From Mobula birostris (lineage: Eukaryota): 64,000 nucleotides of DNA. Positions 37,414 through 50,339 of the stretch are shown piece by piece. Below the pieces are notes generated by a model. It was given only the letters and a program-made list of their open reading frames with translations, was not told where the DNA came from and did no database searches. Position numbers and translations under genes: made by a program. The stretch covers positions 3,701,665 to 3,765,664 of the forward strand of contig NC_092384.1 of the NCBI RefSeq assembly GCF_030028105.1, in the 5' to 3' direction. Numbering within the stretch: the first letter of the stretch is position 1; every line of letters begins with the position of its first letter.

Positions 37414-38086
37414 AAGAGAGAGTTCGCTGCACAAGTCAGTTTTCCAAAGTAGTGGATCAGCAGCTCCTTATCTCTAACTATTGTTTCCATAGATCATGCA
37501 AGGAACTGAGGATAAACTTATGTATGCATTTGTGGATCTCGCCGCTTCTCAGAAAAACGCAAGAGTGCAGAAGACTCATGAGACCGAGTATGCAGGAATA
37601 AAGATAAAGGAAGAGGCGACAAATCTGGAAACGAAAAGAACAGCGTATAGCCATTGATAATTGTATTACACGCTACTGGCCATCGTGGTGTCCCGAGATC
37701 AATCATACTATGTTACTGTTTTGTAACAACTGTGGAGTAAGCATAGGATTTTAATGAGAAATCAACAACTCCAACAACACGAAGAAGCTAAGATTAAAGA
37801 ACCATTAAATAGAAGGTTGTATTTAGCCCTTCAAGTATATAGAAACGAAGTCCCTATTAGAAGCATTGGGCCCGCATCACACGACACTTTCCTACATAAT
37901 CACCAGTTCAAATACATTTTAACTGTTGGTTGTAGCTGCCTCCATTACCTTCCGGGCAGCTCATTCCAAATAAACTACACCCTATTACTTGAATACACAC
38001 TCTTCTTTTAAATATCACCCTGTCATTTCGAACAGTTGTTCTCAAGTTCCGGACTCCCCAGCCGTAGTAAAATCGCACTGTCTATC

Positions 38087-39318
38087 TGTCACAACGGGGG
38101 CGTTGAAGGCAGCACCAAATGCAAGACACGGACACTGAAGTACAAGGAACAGGAGACGACGAGAGACTGGGGTTAGGGACGTAACTGGATGCAGACTAGG
38201 AGCTGAGACAGGAGCAAAGACTTGGGCTAGGACATTGGCTAGGCAAGCAGGACCAGGACAAGGAACTGGGAGCTAAGAGCCTGGGCCTGGACCCCGAGTG
38301 AGAGACGGGACAAGCGCCCAGAAACTGGATCTTGACTCGGGCTCGGACCCTGGAAGTAGGCGAGGACATGGCACGCCTACAGGACAGGACATGGCTTGGG
38401 TCCCTCGAGGCTTGGGTTCGGACTCCGAGCCAGAGACCGGACAAGGACACAGAACATGGGACTTAACTCGGACTCCGGAACTATGCGAAGAAATTACATG
38501 GTTTTGGGAGACAGAACTAGGCGAGGCTACAAGTCAGAACGAGGGACTCCTGGGCAAGACCAGGGAACTCCAATACAAGACGAGGGAACTCCAACACAGG
38601 ACGACGCACATGGACATGACGAGAACACGAAGCCTTTGACTTGGTCGACGGAGACAGGAACGCAGAGCCTCGTTCGAGAGAGACAGGAGTGCAGAGACAT
38701 GGAATTCAGAGCCGGGATCCCTCCTTGGGTACAGGACTTGGGGCCGGGGTTCTACACAGAGCAAAGACCCCTCCTAGAGAGCAGGACGTAGAGCCGTGTG
38801 TCATACACAGAACACAGAGAGAAAGCTATCAACACAAGGTAGCGGCAAACGGCCGAACCTACCTATTGACGGCGTGGACATAGAGAAACAGTTCTGAACA
38901 ACGACAGGCAGTCTCATATCCAGACTCAACAAGGCTCCAGTCTTGCTCCAACGGTTGAACTTGACAGTGGTTCAGGCGAGGCTTCAGGCGAGACAAAGGG
39001 TGCAGGTGAGGCAAGACTTGAAGGCGAGGCAAGGCAAGGCTACAGACACTAGATGCAGAGCAAGGCTTAAGGCACCAGTTGTAGGGCAAGGCTTCAGGAG
39101 GAACGGACGAGAAGGGATCCAGACAGGGGGTTTTAACGGGAACAATCCAGCAACTGAAGCTGAATTAGGGAGCTATTTATGTAGCCAGCACAAAATGCGA
39201 ATCAGCTGCCTCAATTAGAGCACCCAACAGAAAAGAAAAAAAAGCTGAAAATCTGGAATAAGGAACGATGGACCGGACGGTGGACCGGAATCCGGAGTTC
39301 ACGGACTGGACCATAACA
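38087..39318 (+). mobile_element. Solo LTR (family 1) with 5-bp TSD
   Basis: Ends TGTCACAAC...CATAACA, flanked by CTATC on both sides. The empty site (CTGTC) is at paralogous 19050-19054. Confidence 0.9.
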
Positions 39319-40238
39319 CTATCTGCCTTACATGCGCCTCTCATACACAAACAAACTTCCACAAGGTCATCCTCAACATCGTAATCCCAACCTATCCACT
39401 TGCTCCTTAAAACTACATCTTAACATTTCAGACAACATCTATACGTCGGCCTGATCTATTCTGTTTGCTGCTTCTGAGATCTTTTCCGCAACAATATAAG
39501 TTAACTATACTTGAAAGTAGCAAATTTAAGCTCATTAATGGTAACGCCAAAACTGTCAGATTTTCAGGAAAGGCAACCTGTCTATATGTATCTGCACCGC
39601 AGCAATCTTTTAAGTTCCTCTACAGTTCAGAAGCAATTATGGTTGGGCAATGAATACATTCTCCATGACGTGAACCACTCGTGAACAAATTACACTGATT
39701 ACTCAAACAGATTGGAAATAGCCTTCAAGTTACTTTGCATCCTTTCCTTTGAAATAAATGATATTTGTTCAACGGTGTTGCCCCCTATTTTGTTTATTAA
39801 CGGATGGTAGCCACAAAGTGGTGGGATAACACAATCCATACTGTTACGAATTGTAACGGTTTAGAAGTCTAGAGGACATTATTGCATGATATTATGTACA
39901 GCCTTCTTCTACCTATGAGCGGTGCTTAGGAGCTCTGCTGATCTTGCAGACCCATTCATTACTATAGGCACAGCGTACGTGACTAAAAACACGTAACAAA
40001 AATATTGCTGGAGTTTGAACTTAGGACTAGATTTTCAACCAACAGGAGCACGGCGTAAATTTGTGCCATAGCATTCTTGTTGAGACTTTATCAAGGACTA
40101 GATTCCAAGACTTGCAAGGACTTATTGGTAAATTCTAAGAGCATTCACAATTGATAAGATTACTCCCTACATATCGAACTAATCTTAAATTCTTCTGCAG
40201 TTATAAATTAAATTAATTGAATTAATCTCTATAAACAG

Positions 40239-40341
40239 CAACACACATCAAAGTTGCTGGTGAACGCAGCAGGCCAGGCAGCATCTGTAGGAAGAGGTGC
40301 AGTCGACGTTTCAGGCCGAGACCCTTCGTCAGGACCTTCGT
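40239..40341 (+). mobile_element. 103-bp Penelope-terminus-derived insertion with 10-bp TSD
   Basis: CTATAAACAG flanks both sides (40229-40238, 40342-40351). The empty site is at paralogous 27357-27366. Confidence 0.8.
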
Positions 40342-40479
40342 CTATAAACAGTATTCCAGGAAAGGTTCTTCCTGTGTTTCGGAAGATGTAACAATAGGAA
40401 ACCAAAACATCAATTATAATCACTGCTGTAAATGGTGATCCCAAATGTTGGCTATTGCATCAATGAGCCGGTGCTCTGA

Positions 40480-41760
40480 TAGATTGCCCGATAACACAAA
40501 CAAGAAAAACACCTGCAGATGCTGGTAAGTCAAGCAGCACACACAAAACGCTGGTGAAACACATCAGGACAGGTAACATCTATAGGAAGAAGTACAGTCG
40601 ATGTTTCGGGTCGAGACCCTTCATCAAGACTAACGAGAAAAAAATAGATAGTAGAAGCATAGAAAGTGGAAGGGAAGTGGGGACACCCAAACTCATAGGA
40701 GAAGACAGGAGAGGGACGTATGAAACCATGAGCAGGGAAGTTGATTGGCAAAAGGGATACAAGGCTGTTGAAGGGGGAGTACCAGGGACGGAAGTTCTTG
40801 GAAGAAACAAAGGGGGAGGGAAGACCCAAAGGATGATGGAGAACAGGCAAGAAGTTATTATGAGAAGGAAAGAGAGAAATAAAGAAATAAATACATGAAT
40901 GATTATGAATTGGGTAAGAAGGAGAGGAGGGGCATCAATGGATGTTAGAGAAATCGATGTTCATGACATCAGCTTCGAGGCAAACCAGACGGAATATAAA
41001 GTGTTCTTCCTCCAACCTGAGTGTGGCTTCATCTCGGCAGTGGAGGAGGCCATGGATTCACATATCGGAATAGGAATGGGACGTGGAATTAAAATGCGTG
41101 GCCACTGGGAAATCCTGCTTTCTCTGGCGGGCAGAACGTAGATGTTCAGTGAAGCGATCTCCCAAGTTGCATCTGGTCTCACAAATATGTAGAAGGCCAC
41201 ACCGGGAGCACCGGACAGAGTATATCATACCGGTAGACTGACAACTGAGCTGTCGCTTCACCTGGAAGGACTGTCTGGGACCCTGAATGGTGGTGAGAGA
41301 GGAAGTGTAATGGCGGCAGTTGTTCCGCTTACAGGGATAAGTGCCAGGAGAGAGATCGGTGGGAAGGGATGGGGGCGGGGCGAGAGCGGGGGTGGGGAAC
41401 AAATGGACAAGGGAGTCGCGTAGGGGGCTATCCCTGCGGAAAGCAGAAACTTGGTAGTAGGGAAAGGTGTGCTTGGTGGTGGGATCCCGTTGCAGATGAC
41501 GGAAGTTACCGAGAATTATATGTTGGACACGGAGGCTGGTGGGGTGGTAGGTGAGGACAAGGGGGGCCCTATCCCTACTGAGGTAGCGGGAGGATGGGGT
41601 GACAGCACATGTGCGTGAAATGGGAGAGATTCGTTTGAGGGCAGAGTTGATGGTAGAGGAAGGGAATACCATTCCTTTAATAAAGGAAGGCATCTCCTAC
41701 GTCTTGGAATAAAATGCCTCATTCTGAGAGCAGGTGCGGTGGAGACGGGGCAATTGAATG
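40480..41760 (-). mobile_element. Penelope-like element 3' part with GIY-YIG endonuclease remnant
   Basis: Reads PLVLTYHPTS...FQVKRQLSCQSTGMIYSVRCSRCGLLHICETRCNLGDRFTEHLRS. Confidence 0.85.
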
Positions 41761-42349
41761 AAGGTGATGGCATTATTACAAGTGACAGGATGGGAAGAGG
41801 AATCCTTTTCTGAGTGTCATTAAGTGGAAGTTTGTTGCTGCTACACCACTGAAGAAACTGGTCTGTCTCACACCTGTACACCTCCTATTCGCCATCTGAC
41901 AATAGCTGTGCTTAGTCTCACGGTCATAATTGCAGAACGAGACAGTACAGCAGTGGACTGTACACGTATCCTTGATGTGTGTCAGTGTTAATCGTCAGTG
42001 ATCAAGATTTTCAATCCGCTGTGAATAAGGTGATCTGATGAGTAAGTGAAGAGTCCACTTGCAGAAGGGCGTGCAGAGGTCCAGGCTTTGGAATTGTTGA
42101 CTAGTACTGAGAATATGATGTTGTTGTATTCTGATGAGTAATCAATAACCAGCAAGCTAACGTGGGTATTGTTAGTGTTCAGATGATCCAAGGCCAAGCT
42201 AGTGATAATAGATTAACTGTAGACATAATGTGGCAATTGGCAAATTTCAGCGGGTCGAGCTCCATGCCAAGGAATGAATTGGTTCAGGCCACAGCCAAGC
42301 TCTCATAGCACTAAGGAACGTTAGGTCTGAGTGCAACTGGGAGATAGTT

Positions 42350-44260
42350 GTTGAGCCAACTGAGCCTGCCCTTCTTGGGAACTGCATTTCTCGGACATTT
42401 GCCCTCAGCCCACCTTCCCGCCGTCTTAAAAGGATAGACTTCATTTTCTCGTCCCTACTACCCGAGTAGGCTTTGCACCCTACACATTATTCTCTGCATG
42501 CTCCTCCATCTTCTACTGAATCTTACCACAAGACACCTCCTTACCTCATCCACACCCTCCAATCTCCGATTTCCCCAAGGATATTTCCATTCGTATTCCC
42601 TTGTCCATCAGTCCCGCACTGTAAGCTCTCTCTTGGCATTTGTTTCCAGAACAAACGAATTGATTCACCTCCTGTATACTTCGGTCACCACCCAGCTGGT
42701 TACATCTATCACCATCTAGCCAGTCTTTTTGCTCACCCCAAACTTCTTAGCCTCGCGTCTTCACCCTCCTTTCCAGTCTTGATGTAAGGTCTAGCCCTGA
42801 AACGTCCACTATTAATTCGCCTATGCTTGCCCTACTGCATTCCTCCATATTTGCTTTTTGTGTGATGGTCTGGATTTCCAGCATCTGCACAGCCCGTTGT
42901 ATTTATAACAGATTGATCGGTTTCGGAAGAAAATAATCTTGCCGGAAAACAGGAGGATGAAGAAGTCCGGTGGCGAGAAATCGAATGCACCGCTCAACTA
43001 TCGGTTAACCCGAACTTGTTTTTTTTTTTTTTTTGCCGATTCAAAGAGGCCATATCATGAACAACAAATGTACAGACGGGATTGGACATGAATCTTTGCT
43101 TCAACTTAATGGAATTGCATTGCAACTCTTGTGATTGCAGAGGGATTTTTTTTCTTACATTCAATCGGAAATGCTTTAGTTTGAAATAAGAGAAAATTTT
43201 CAGCTGCTGGAAATCAAAGTAATGCACACAAAATATGGAATACGCAACAAACCAGGCAGAATTTGTAAAAAAGAGTGGGCAGTCGAAGTTTGCGGCCGAA
43301 ACCCCTCACCAGGGTGGGATGTAGAAATCAGTAGTCGGTGTAAGGAAGTGTGCGGAGGAGTGGAAGAAGCAGAAAGTAGGAGGTGATAGGTCAAAATGGG
43401 AAAGGGGAGGAATAAAGTAAAGAGGTGCAACGGTGATTGGCGAAAGAGTGAAAGGCTGGAGACTGGGTGTCTGATGGGAGAGGACAGAGGCCGTGGATGA
43501 AAGTGAAAGGGGATGAGCACCAGAGTGGGGTGATGGGGAGGTCATGGTGTAAGGACAGAGTGGGAAACGCGAATGGAGAATGGTGAAGGCAGGGGGGTGC
43601 AATTACTGGAATCGAAAAATCGATGTCATGCCATCGAGCTGGAGGCTACCCTGAGGGAATATATGGTGTCGATCTTACACCCTGACTGTGGTTTCATCGC
43701 TGCAATAGAGGAGGCCATAGGCTGCCATGTCGAAATGGGATGGGAAGTAGAACTGAACTGAGTGGCCAGCAGGAGATTCCGCTTTCTTTTGGCGGACGGA
43801 GCGTAGGTGGTCGACGAAGCAGGCACGACGCCACTCAATATGCGTCAGGTCTCACTGATTACATTACCCCAGAAGCACCGGATGCAATAATAACATACCA
43901 ACCCACCAGCATCCGCATTCAGCACAAAATATACACCAACCTCCATCATCTACAGTGTTCGCTCCTCCAATCACAACTTTCCTTCTCCTCCACACCACGT
44001 TCTGCTTTCTGCAGCGATCGCTCCCTACATCACTTCCTTGTCCACTTATTCCCCGTTAGTGATCTCTCTGCTAGCATTTATCCTTGCCAGCGAAGGAAGT
44101 GGCACTTTCCCTTGCAAACCACATCTGCCGTACACCTCCACCCTCACTACTATTCAGTGCCCAATTAGTCCTTCCAAGTGAAGCGACACTTCACGTGTTA
44201 GTCTGTTGGTGTCATCAACTGTTTCCGGTGCTCCTGCTTTAACACGTCCGGTGTGTCGTG
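42350..44260. mobile_element. Further Penelope-like fragments in both orientations
   Basis: Matches to the 40480-41760 family at 42350-42900 (+), 43200-43850 (-) and 43880-44260 (+). Confidence 0.7.
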
Positions 44261-45435
44261 GCCTTTCAACATAAGACCATAAGACCATCAGATACAGGGA
44301 CAGAAGTGGGCCACTCGGCCCAACCAGTCTGCTCCGCCATCGAATCATGGGGGGCTGATTCAGTTCTTTCAGTCAGTTTTACTGCACTACCTTCTAGCCA
44401 CACCCTTTGATGCCCTGTCTCATGAAGAATCTGTCTATCTCTGCCTTCATTGCACCCAATGACTTGGCCTCCACCGTTATGGCCCCTTCTGGCAATGCCC
44501 CACCTTGCTATTTACCTCAGAAATTGGCCCTCAATCACTCGTTTAATTTCATATCATCCCATTTCCACTAAATACTCACGCCTGCTTTCCATCAGGAAAT
44601 GCAGGATCAAGACCCTGTGATCACAACAAGGAGCTGCCAGTTCGTTGGTCTACTCTGGTGTGAGTAAATTCGTTTCATGTTTCTTAGGCCCGTCAATTCT
44701 CAGTCTAGCAACGTTCCTGGATTCTCTCCAAACCCAAGACTTCGAGTAAAGACTCTGCTGGAAACCGATTCCACGCTCACCACGGCAATACCGCCTCCCG
44801 ACTCTGCCCCCGCGCCCGTGTTCTGCACTTGGGTTTGTTCACCGCCACCCTCGTGTAACAGAACTAACCGGCCATAACGAACTCAGAGCACACGGATTCC
44901 GTACAACAGGCCTTCGTCAGCCGGAATTACCTACTGGGCACCCATGAACTACTTAGGGACGTCCCAGAAAACCTTCGGACGCTATTCATGAATGTACGGA
45001 AGGTCAGTGAGCAGGTGGACCTCATATCACAGGCCTATCAAGCCATATTGATGACCCTCTTCTGGAACGTTTCCAATGTCCGAACATTCTTCCTTAGAGA
45101 AGAGCCCAAATATGCTCACAATACTCCATCTAAAGCCGCACTACCACTTTATAAAGCTTTAACATTACTTCCTTATTTTTTTTATATAATCTAGTCCTCG
45201 CGAAATAATATAAATACTGTATGTTCTTTTCTCACCACCGACTCAAACCATATATATATATTTTTTTTTAATGGAATCATTGACGAGAACTCCAAAGTCC
45301 CTTTGCACGTCAGGTATTCCCACTTTCTCTCTGCCTGCAAAACAGTCTACCCTTTTATTTCTTCATCTGAAGCGCACGACGATCCAATTAAGGACATTTT
45401 ATTCCAACTGCAACTTCTCTGCCTATTACCCTAAT

Positions 45436-46767
45436 TATCATGGTCTGGTCCATGAAATCCGCATTCCGGTTCACGGTACGGTCCGTATTCCTTAATTCAG
45501 GTTATCCGCTTTTCCCCGGTTTCTTTTGTGACAGCTGATTCTCTTTTCTGCTGGCTTCATAAATAACTTTAGGATTCAGCCTCAGTCTTCTGGATTGTTC
45601 CTGTCCATACTCCCGTCTGAATCCCTTCCCTTCCCCTGCCTCGCCGGAAACCTTGCCTCGCTTCGCCTCTTCTGAAGCCTTGCCTCGCCTGCCCTCGCCT
45701 GTAACCCTCGCCTGAACCGCTGTCAAGTTCCATCGCCGGAGCAAGGAAAGGAACTGTCCGTTGTTGTTATGAACTCTCTCTGTGTCCACGCCTTCGCTAG
45801 GTAGATCCGGCCGTCTGCTGCTACCTTGTGTTGGGAACTGTTTTGTGGTTCTGTACCCAAGGAGGGGTCCCGGCTCTGTGTTCTGTGCATGAGTCCCGGC
45901 CCTATATACTGTTTCCAAGGAGTGGTGCCTCCTTTGTTTTCCATGTTCCTGTCTCTCCCTCGACCAAGGCTTTGCTTTCCTGTCTCTCCTTCGACCAAGG
46001 CTTTGCGTTCCTCTCTCTCCATCTACCAAGGCTCTGCGTTCCTGTCTCTCCTTCGACCAGGGCTCTGCGTTCCTGTCTCTCCCCTGACCAAGTTAATGCT
46101 TCGGGATCTCGTCAAGTCCTAACCATGATCTAAGAACCTCGTCCTTTCCAAGCCATGGCTTTCTGTTCTCGTCTTGTCCATGTGTCTCCCCCAGCCCAGG
46201 AGTACCGTGCCCAGCCCAGTGTTGGGGTTCACTCGTCCTCTGCTGGTGTTCCCACCTACTGTACTGGGCTTCCCTTGTCCTGTCCAGGAGTCTCACGTCC
46301 AGTCCTGTTGCCACTCCTTTTCCTGTAGCCACGTCTTATCCTCGTCTACTTCTGGAGTACGAGCCCGAGTCAAGTCCCAGGTTCTGGAACGTGCCCCAGT
46401 CTCTGGCTCGGAGTCCATACCCAAGCCTCAAAGTACCCTAGCCTTGACGAACGCAAGCCTCGTCATGTCTAATCTCAGGTCCGGGATCATAGCCCGTGTC
46501 AAGACCCAGGTTTCATGGTCCTTGTCCAGTTTCTGGCTCGGAGTTCAAGCCCAGGCTCTTAGTTCCTATTTCTACGTCCTGGTTCCACTATCCTAGTCAA
46601 GCTCCTAGCCCAGGCCCTGTATCCCTGTCTCGTTCAGGGCCTGTGTCATGTCCAGCGTCCTTTTTCCCCCCCACTTCCCTTGCTTCCTTGACTAACCTAG
46701 TCGTGTTCCTAGTAGTTCAATGGCTGTGTCTTGCTTTTGGGTCCGTTACCAGCGCCCCCGTATGACT
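45436..46767 (-). mobile_element. Solo LTR (family 1), reverse orientation
   Basis: Reverse-complement match to 38087-39318. Flanks are CTAAT/CGAAT (TSD with one mismatch). Contains internal ~30-bp repeats at 45955-46085. Confidence 0.78.
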
Positions 46768-46873
46768 CGAATCTTCTGTAGCATCCCTACTTTCTCAAAA
46801 CTACCTGCTTCTCCACCTATCTTTTTTACCGTCTGCAAACTTAGCGACAAATTCATGAATTCCGTACTTCAAA

Positions 46874-48060
46874 TGTAACCCTCAGGTTCTGCCGACTGCG
46901 TAATTCTAGGGAAGACAATCTCTAGTCCCACCAAACGTGTGAGATTGAGGTGCAAGTCCAACTGTTTGTGTGGATGCTGCGTGATGTGTCACCCTGTTAG
47001 AAATCAGTACCACGAAATAACTGACAGTACACCAAATGAAATTAAGCCATTTAGTTTTATAATTGTTAAGTTTACTGAAGTGTTAGTAAAGTAAAACAAA
47101 AAGAAAAGGGCCCATTTTAAGAAACAATCTATTGTGTACAAGTTGGAGCTCATAGTTTTCCTTCTGCTGGTTCTCCACCAATTTCCACGGGCTTCGTTGA
47201 TTGCCGGCACCACTGCATCTCCATTCCTTTCAGGTGTCTACAACCTCTCCTTTCTCCTATCCCCTCTCTCCGTCTTCCACCGAACAAAAGACACAGATCA
47301 CTTCGGTTTCAGGCACACGGCAGAAAAACACTCCTAAAATTAGACGTCTCATATTCCAAAGCCTCCGTTATCTCTAACCATAACCCAAACACTGCTGCTA
47401 CAGACAGACCATTACATTAGCAGTGCTGCGAACGACCATTACACTAGAAGCTAAACGTTTCCTAGGGTGGTACACTATCCCCCCACCAAACGTTGTCATA
47501 TCCTCATGACATTGAAATAAATTGCCAACCCTTCATGCAAAGCACCAAGTCCAAACCAGGTGTAAAAGGCAGTGACATAGATCCCAAAGGTGTTAAGTGC
47601 CACATTTTGTTCCCTCGGTGCTACATGGACCAGCCTATCCGGTGGTCGCGTGATTCTTTGAGACCTCCGTACCCCCTCACCTACACCTTCAGGTTCCAAT
47701 ACTACCTGGGATACTTCTGGTCTACCAGACCAGGACTCACCTCATGCCCTCCTGCAACTCTGTCCCTTGGCTGAGCCTCGCTTCATCCCTTGCATGGTGC
47801 CGTTGAATCCCAGTCCCCAGGCTGTCTACAGATAGACCCGATTTCACCAAATGTGCCTTCTTACATGGTTGGTAACACTTGCGTTGTCTTGAACGATGAG
47901 TTGACATGACAGATAAAGGCAACTTCCGAAGATTGCCACGTGATAAAATAAACATGGTCATTTTCATAATCAGCAGCCTAAAGTCCATAAGGTGCATACT
48001 AAGGTGTTAAGTAAGAAAAGTCTTATTTTACCAAGTTTTACCGAAGCCTTTCCTGAACAA
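46874..48060 (-). mobile_element. Truncated Gypsy family 2: 3' LTR (46874-47474), PPT and 3' internal fragment
   Basis: Reverse complement of the family 2 LTR. CTATCCCCCCACC is the reversed PPT. Confidence 0.75.
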
Positions 48061-48264
48061 TGCACAACAGTAGAATCAGAATCAGAATCAGGTTTATTAT
48101 CTCCGACATGTGCCGTGAAATTTGTTAGCTTGGCAGCAGCAGTTCATTGCAATACATAATCTAGAAGAGAAAATAAATAAATAAATAAACAAACAAACAA
48201 ACAAACAAATAATAAGTAAACAAGCAAATGAATTGCAGTATACATGTAATGAATATATTTTAAA

Positions 48265-48873
48265 ACGTCTGTAATGGCTTCTTTGCCATGTTTCACTGCC
48301 AATGCTAATGTAATGGCTTTACTGTAATGTTCACTGCTGATGTAACGGTTTCTCTGTAGCAGAAATGTTTGAGCTATGGCTGGAGATATTTATGCATGTT
48401 AGCCAATTAGGATTCTGTTGCCCTGTCTGGTGATTCCGGAAGCTGTTGGTTTCGCGGGCGTTTGCGAGAGGGAGAGAGAAGGATGAAGAAAGAAGACGCA
48501 AATGGAGAGATTCGGTAGGCCGCCAGACAGAGTGGACTCCGATCGGGCGTCCGAAGGTCGTTTACACTCGGAGGAGATCGAATGGTGGAAGGAAGACTAC
48601 TGAGTGAGCTCCAACGATTGCGCACAGACTGTTTAATAAGATTCGCCACATTTTTCTTTTATATTTTGTTTCTCTACCAACCACATGGTCAAAGTAAGAG
48701 TTATAAAGCTTAATCCTTTAATCGCATTTTGTGTACTGCTTGTTATTTTGGGGACCTGATTTGTGACAGGTGACATATCACGCAGCAATCACCCAAACGA
48801 AATTTCTGAAGTTTGGCCGGGCAAGGGGGTTATCACCCCCGAGATCAAGGCGCTAGGCGAAGAGAGTGTTACA
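48265..48873 (+). mobile_element. Family 2 Gypsy LTR copy
   Basis: Shares TTTCACTGCTAATGTAATGG, GAGCTCCAAC and ATCACGCAGC blocks with 53694-54200, and ends GTGTTACA. Confidence 0.65.
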
Positions 48874-48929
48874 CGGGCAAAAGCAGAAATACTGTATATT
48901 AAAATAAAAGTGTGGTATGGTCCAGGGGT

Positions 48930-50270
48930 TCAGTGTCCATTTAGAATTCGGATGGTAGAGGGATAAAAGTAGTTCCTGAATTGCAGAATATGTGTCTTCC
49001 GGTTTCTGTACCTCCTACCTGACGATAACAATGAGAAAAGGGCTCGCCCTGGGTGCTGGATATGAAGTAGGCTAGTACCCAAGATGGAGTTGGCTAGATT
49101 TACAACCCTCTGCAACTTCCTTTGGTCCTGCGCTGTAGCGCCCCCCCCACCACCCCCGTATCAGACAGTGATGCAGGCTGACAGAATGTTCTCCACAGTA
49201 CAATATAGAAGTATTTGAGTGTATTTTTTGACTGGCCAAATCCTTTCAAACTCCTAATGTAGTATAGGCGCTCTCTTGCTTTATTTATATCTACATCGAT
49301 ATGTTGGGACCAGATTAGTTCCTCGGAGATCTTGACAGCCAAGAACTTACAACTGTTCAATCTCTCCACTTCTGATTCCTCTATGAGGATTGGTATCTGT
49401 TCCTTTGTCTTACCCTTCCTGATTTCCACAATCAGCTGTTTGACGTTGAGTGCCAGGTTGTTGTAGCGGCACTACTCCACTAGTTGGCATATCACACTCC
49501 TGTACGCCCTCTCGTCACCACCCGAGGTTCTGCCAACAACAGTTGTATCGTCAGCAAATTTATAGATGGTGTTGGAGCTATTCCTAGCCACACAGTCATG
49601 TGTATATCGAGAGTAGAGCAGTGGACACAGCTCACACCCCTGAGGTGCGGCAGTGTTGATCGCCTGCGAGGAGGATATGTTGTCATCATTCTGCACAGAT
49701 TGTGTTCTTTCCGTTAGGAAGTCGAGGATCCAATTACAGGGGTACAGTGGCCCAGGTTCTGCAACTTCTCAATCAGGATTGTGGGAATGTTTGTATTAAA
49801 TGCTCAGCTTTAATCGATGGAAAGCTTCCTGACATAGGTGTTTGTGTTGGCCAGGTGGTATAAAGCCGTGCGGAGAGCCACTGAGATTGCGTCTGCCGTT
49901 GAGCTCTTGTGGCGATAGGCAAATTGCAATGGGTCCAGGTCCTTGCTAATAGGAGCTCAGTCCAGTCATGGCCAACCTCTCAAAATATTTTATTATTCTC
50001 GATGTGAATGCAACCGGGCGATGGTCATTAAGGCAACCCACATTATTCTTCCTAGGCGCTGGTATAATTGTTGCCTTTTTAAAGCAAGTGGGAATTTCCA
50101 TCCGCAGTAGTGAGACATTGAAAGTGTCCTCGAATACGTCTGCTAGTTGGCTAGCACAGGTTTTCAGAGCCTTACCCGGTACCCCATCCGGACCTTCCGC
50201 CTTGCAAGGGTTCACCCTCTCGATAGACAGCCTAACAGCGGTCTGTAAGACAGAGATCATAGCAATGTTG
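48930..50270 (-). mobile_element. Rex/Babar-type LINE RT fragment
   Basis: KAEGPDGVPG...LNDHRPVAFTS..KYFERL, APQGCELCPLLYS.YTHDC and KFADDTTVVG motifs. Confidence 0.8.
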
Positions 50271-50339
50271 CAATCCTCCTGTTCCTCAGCTGTGTTTCAG
50301 ACTGCCATAAATACCTGCGCTAAAACCTATACGATTCCT

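Larger units (their letters stand above)
35250..40440 (+). repeat. Segmental duplicate of the 3' part of gene 1 (9320-10670, 18050-19165, 26843-27460)
   Basis: Extensive colinear similarity around both cytoplasmic exons and the 3' flank. One sub-block is inverted. Confidence 0.85.
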
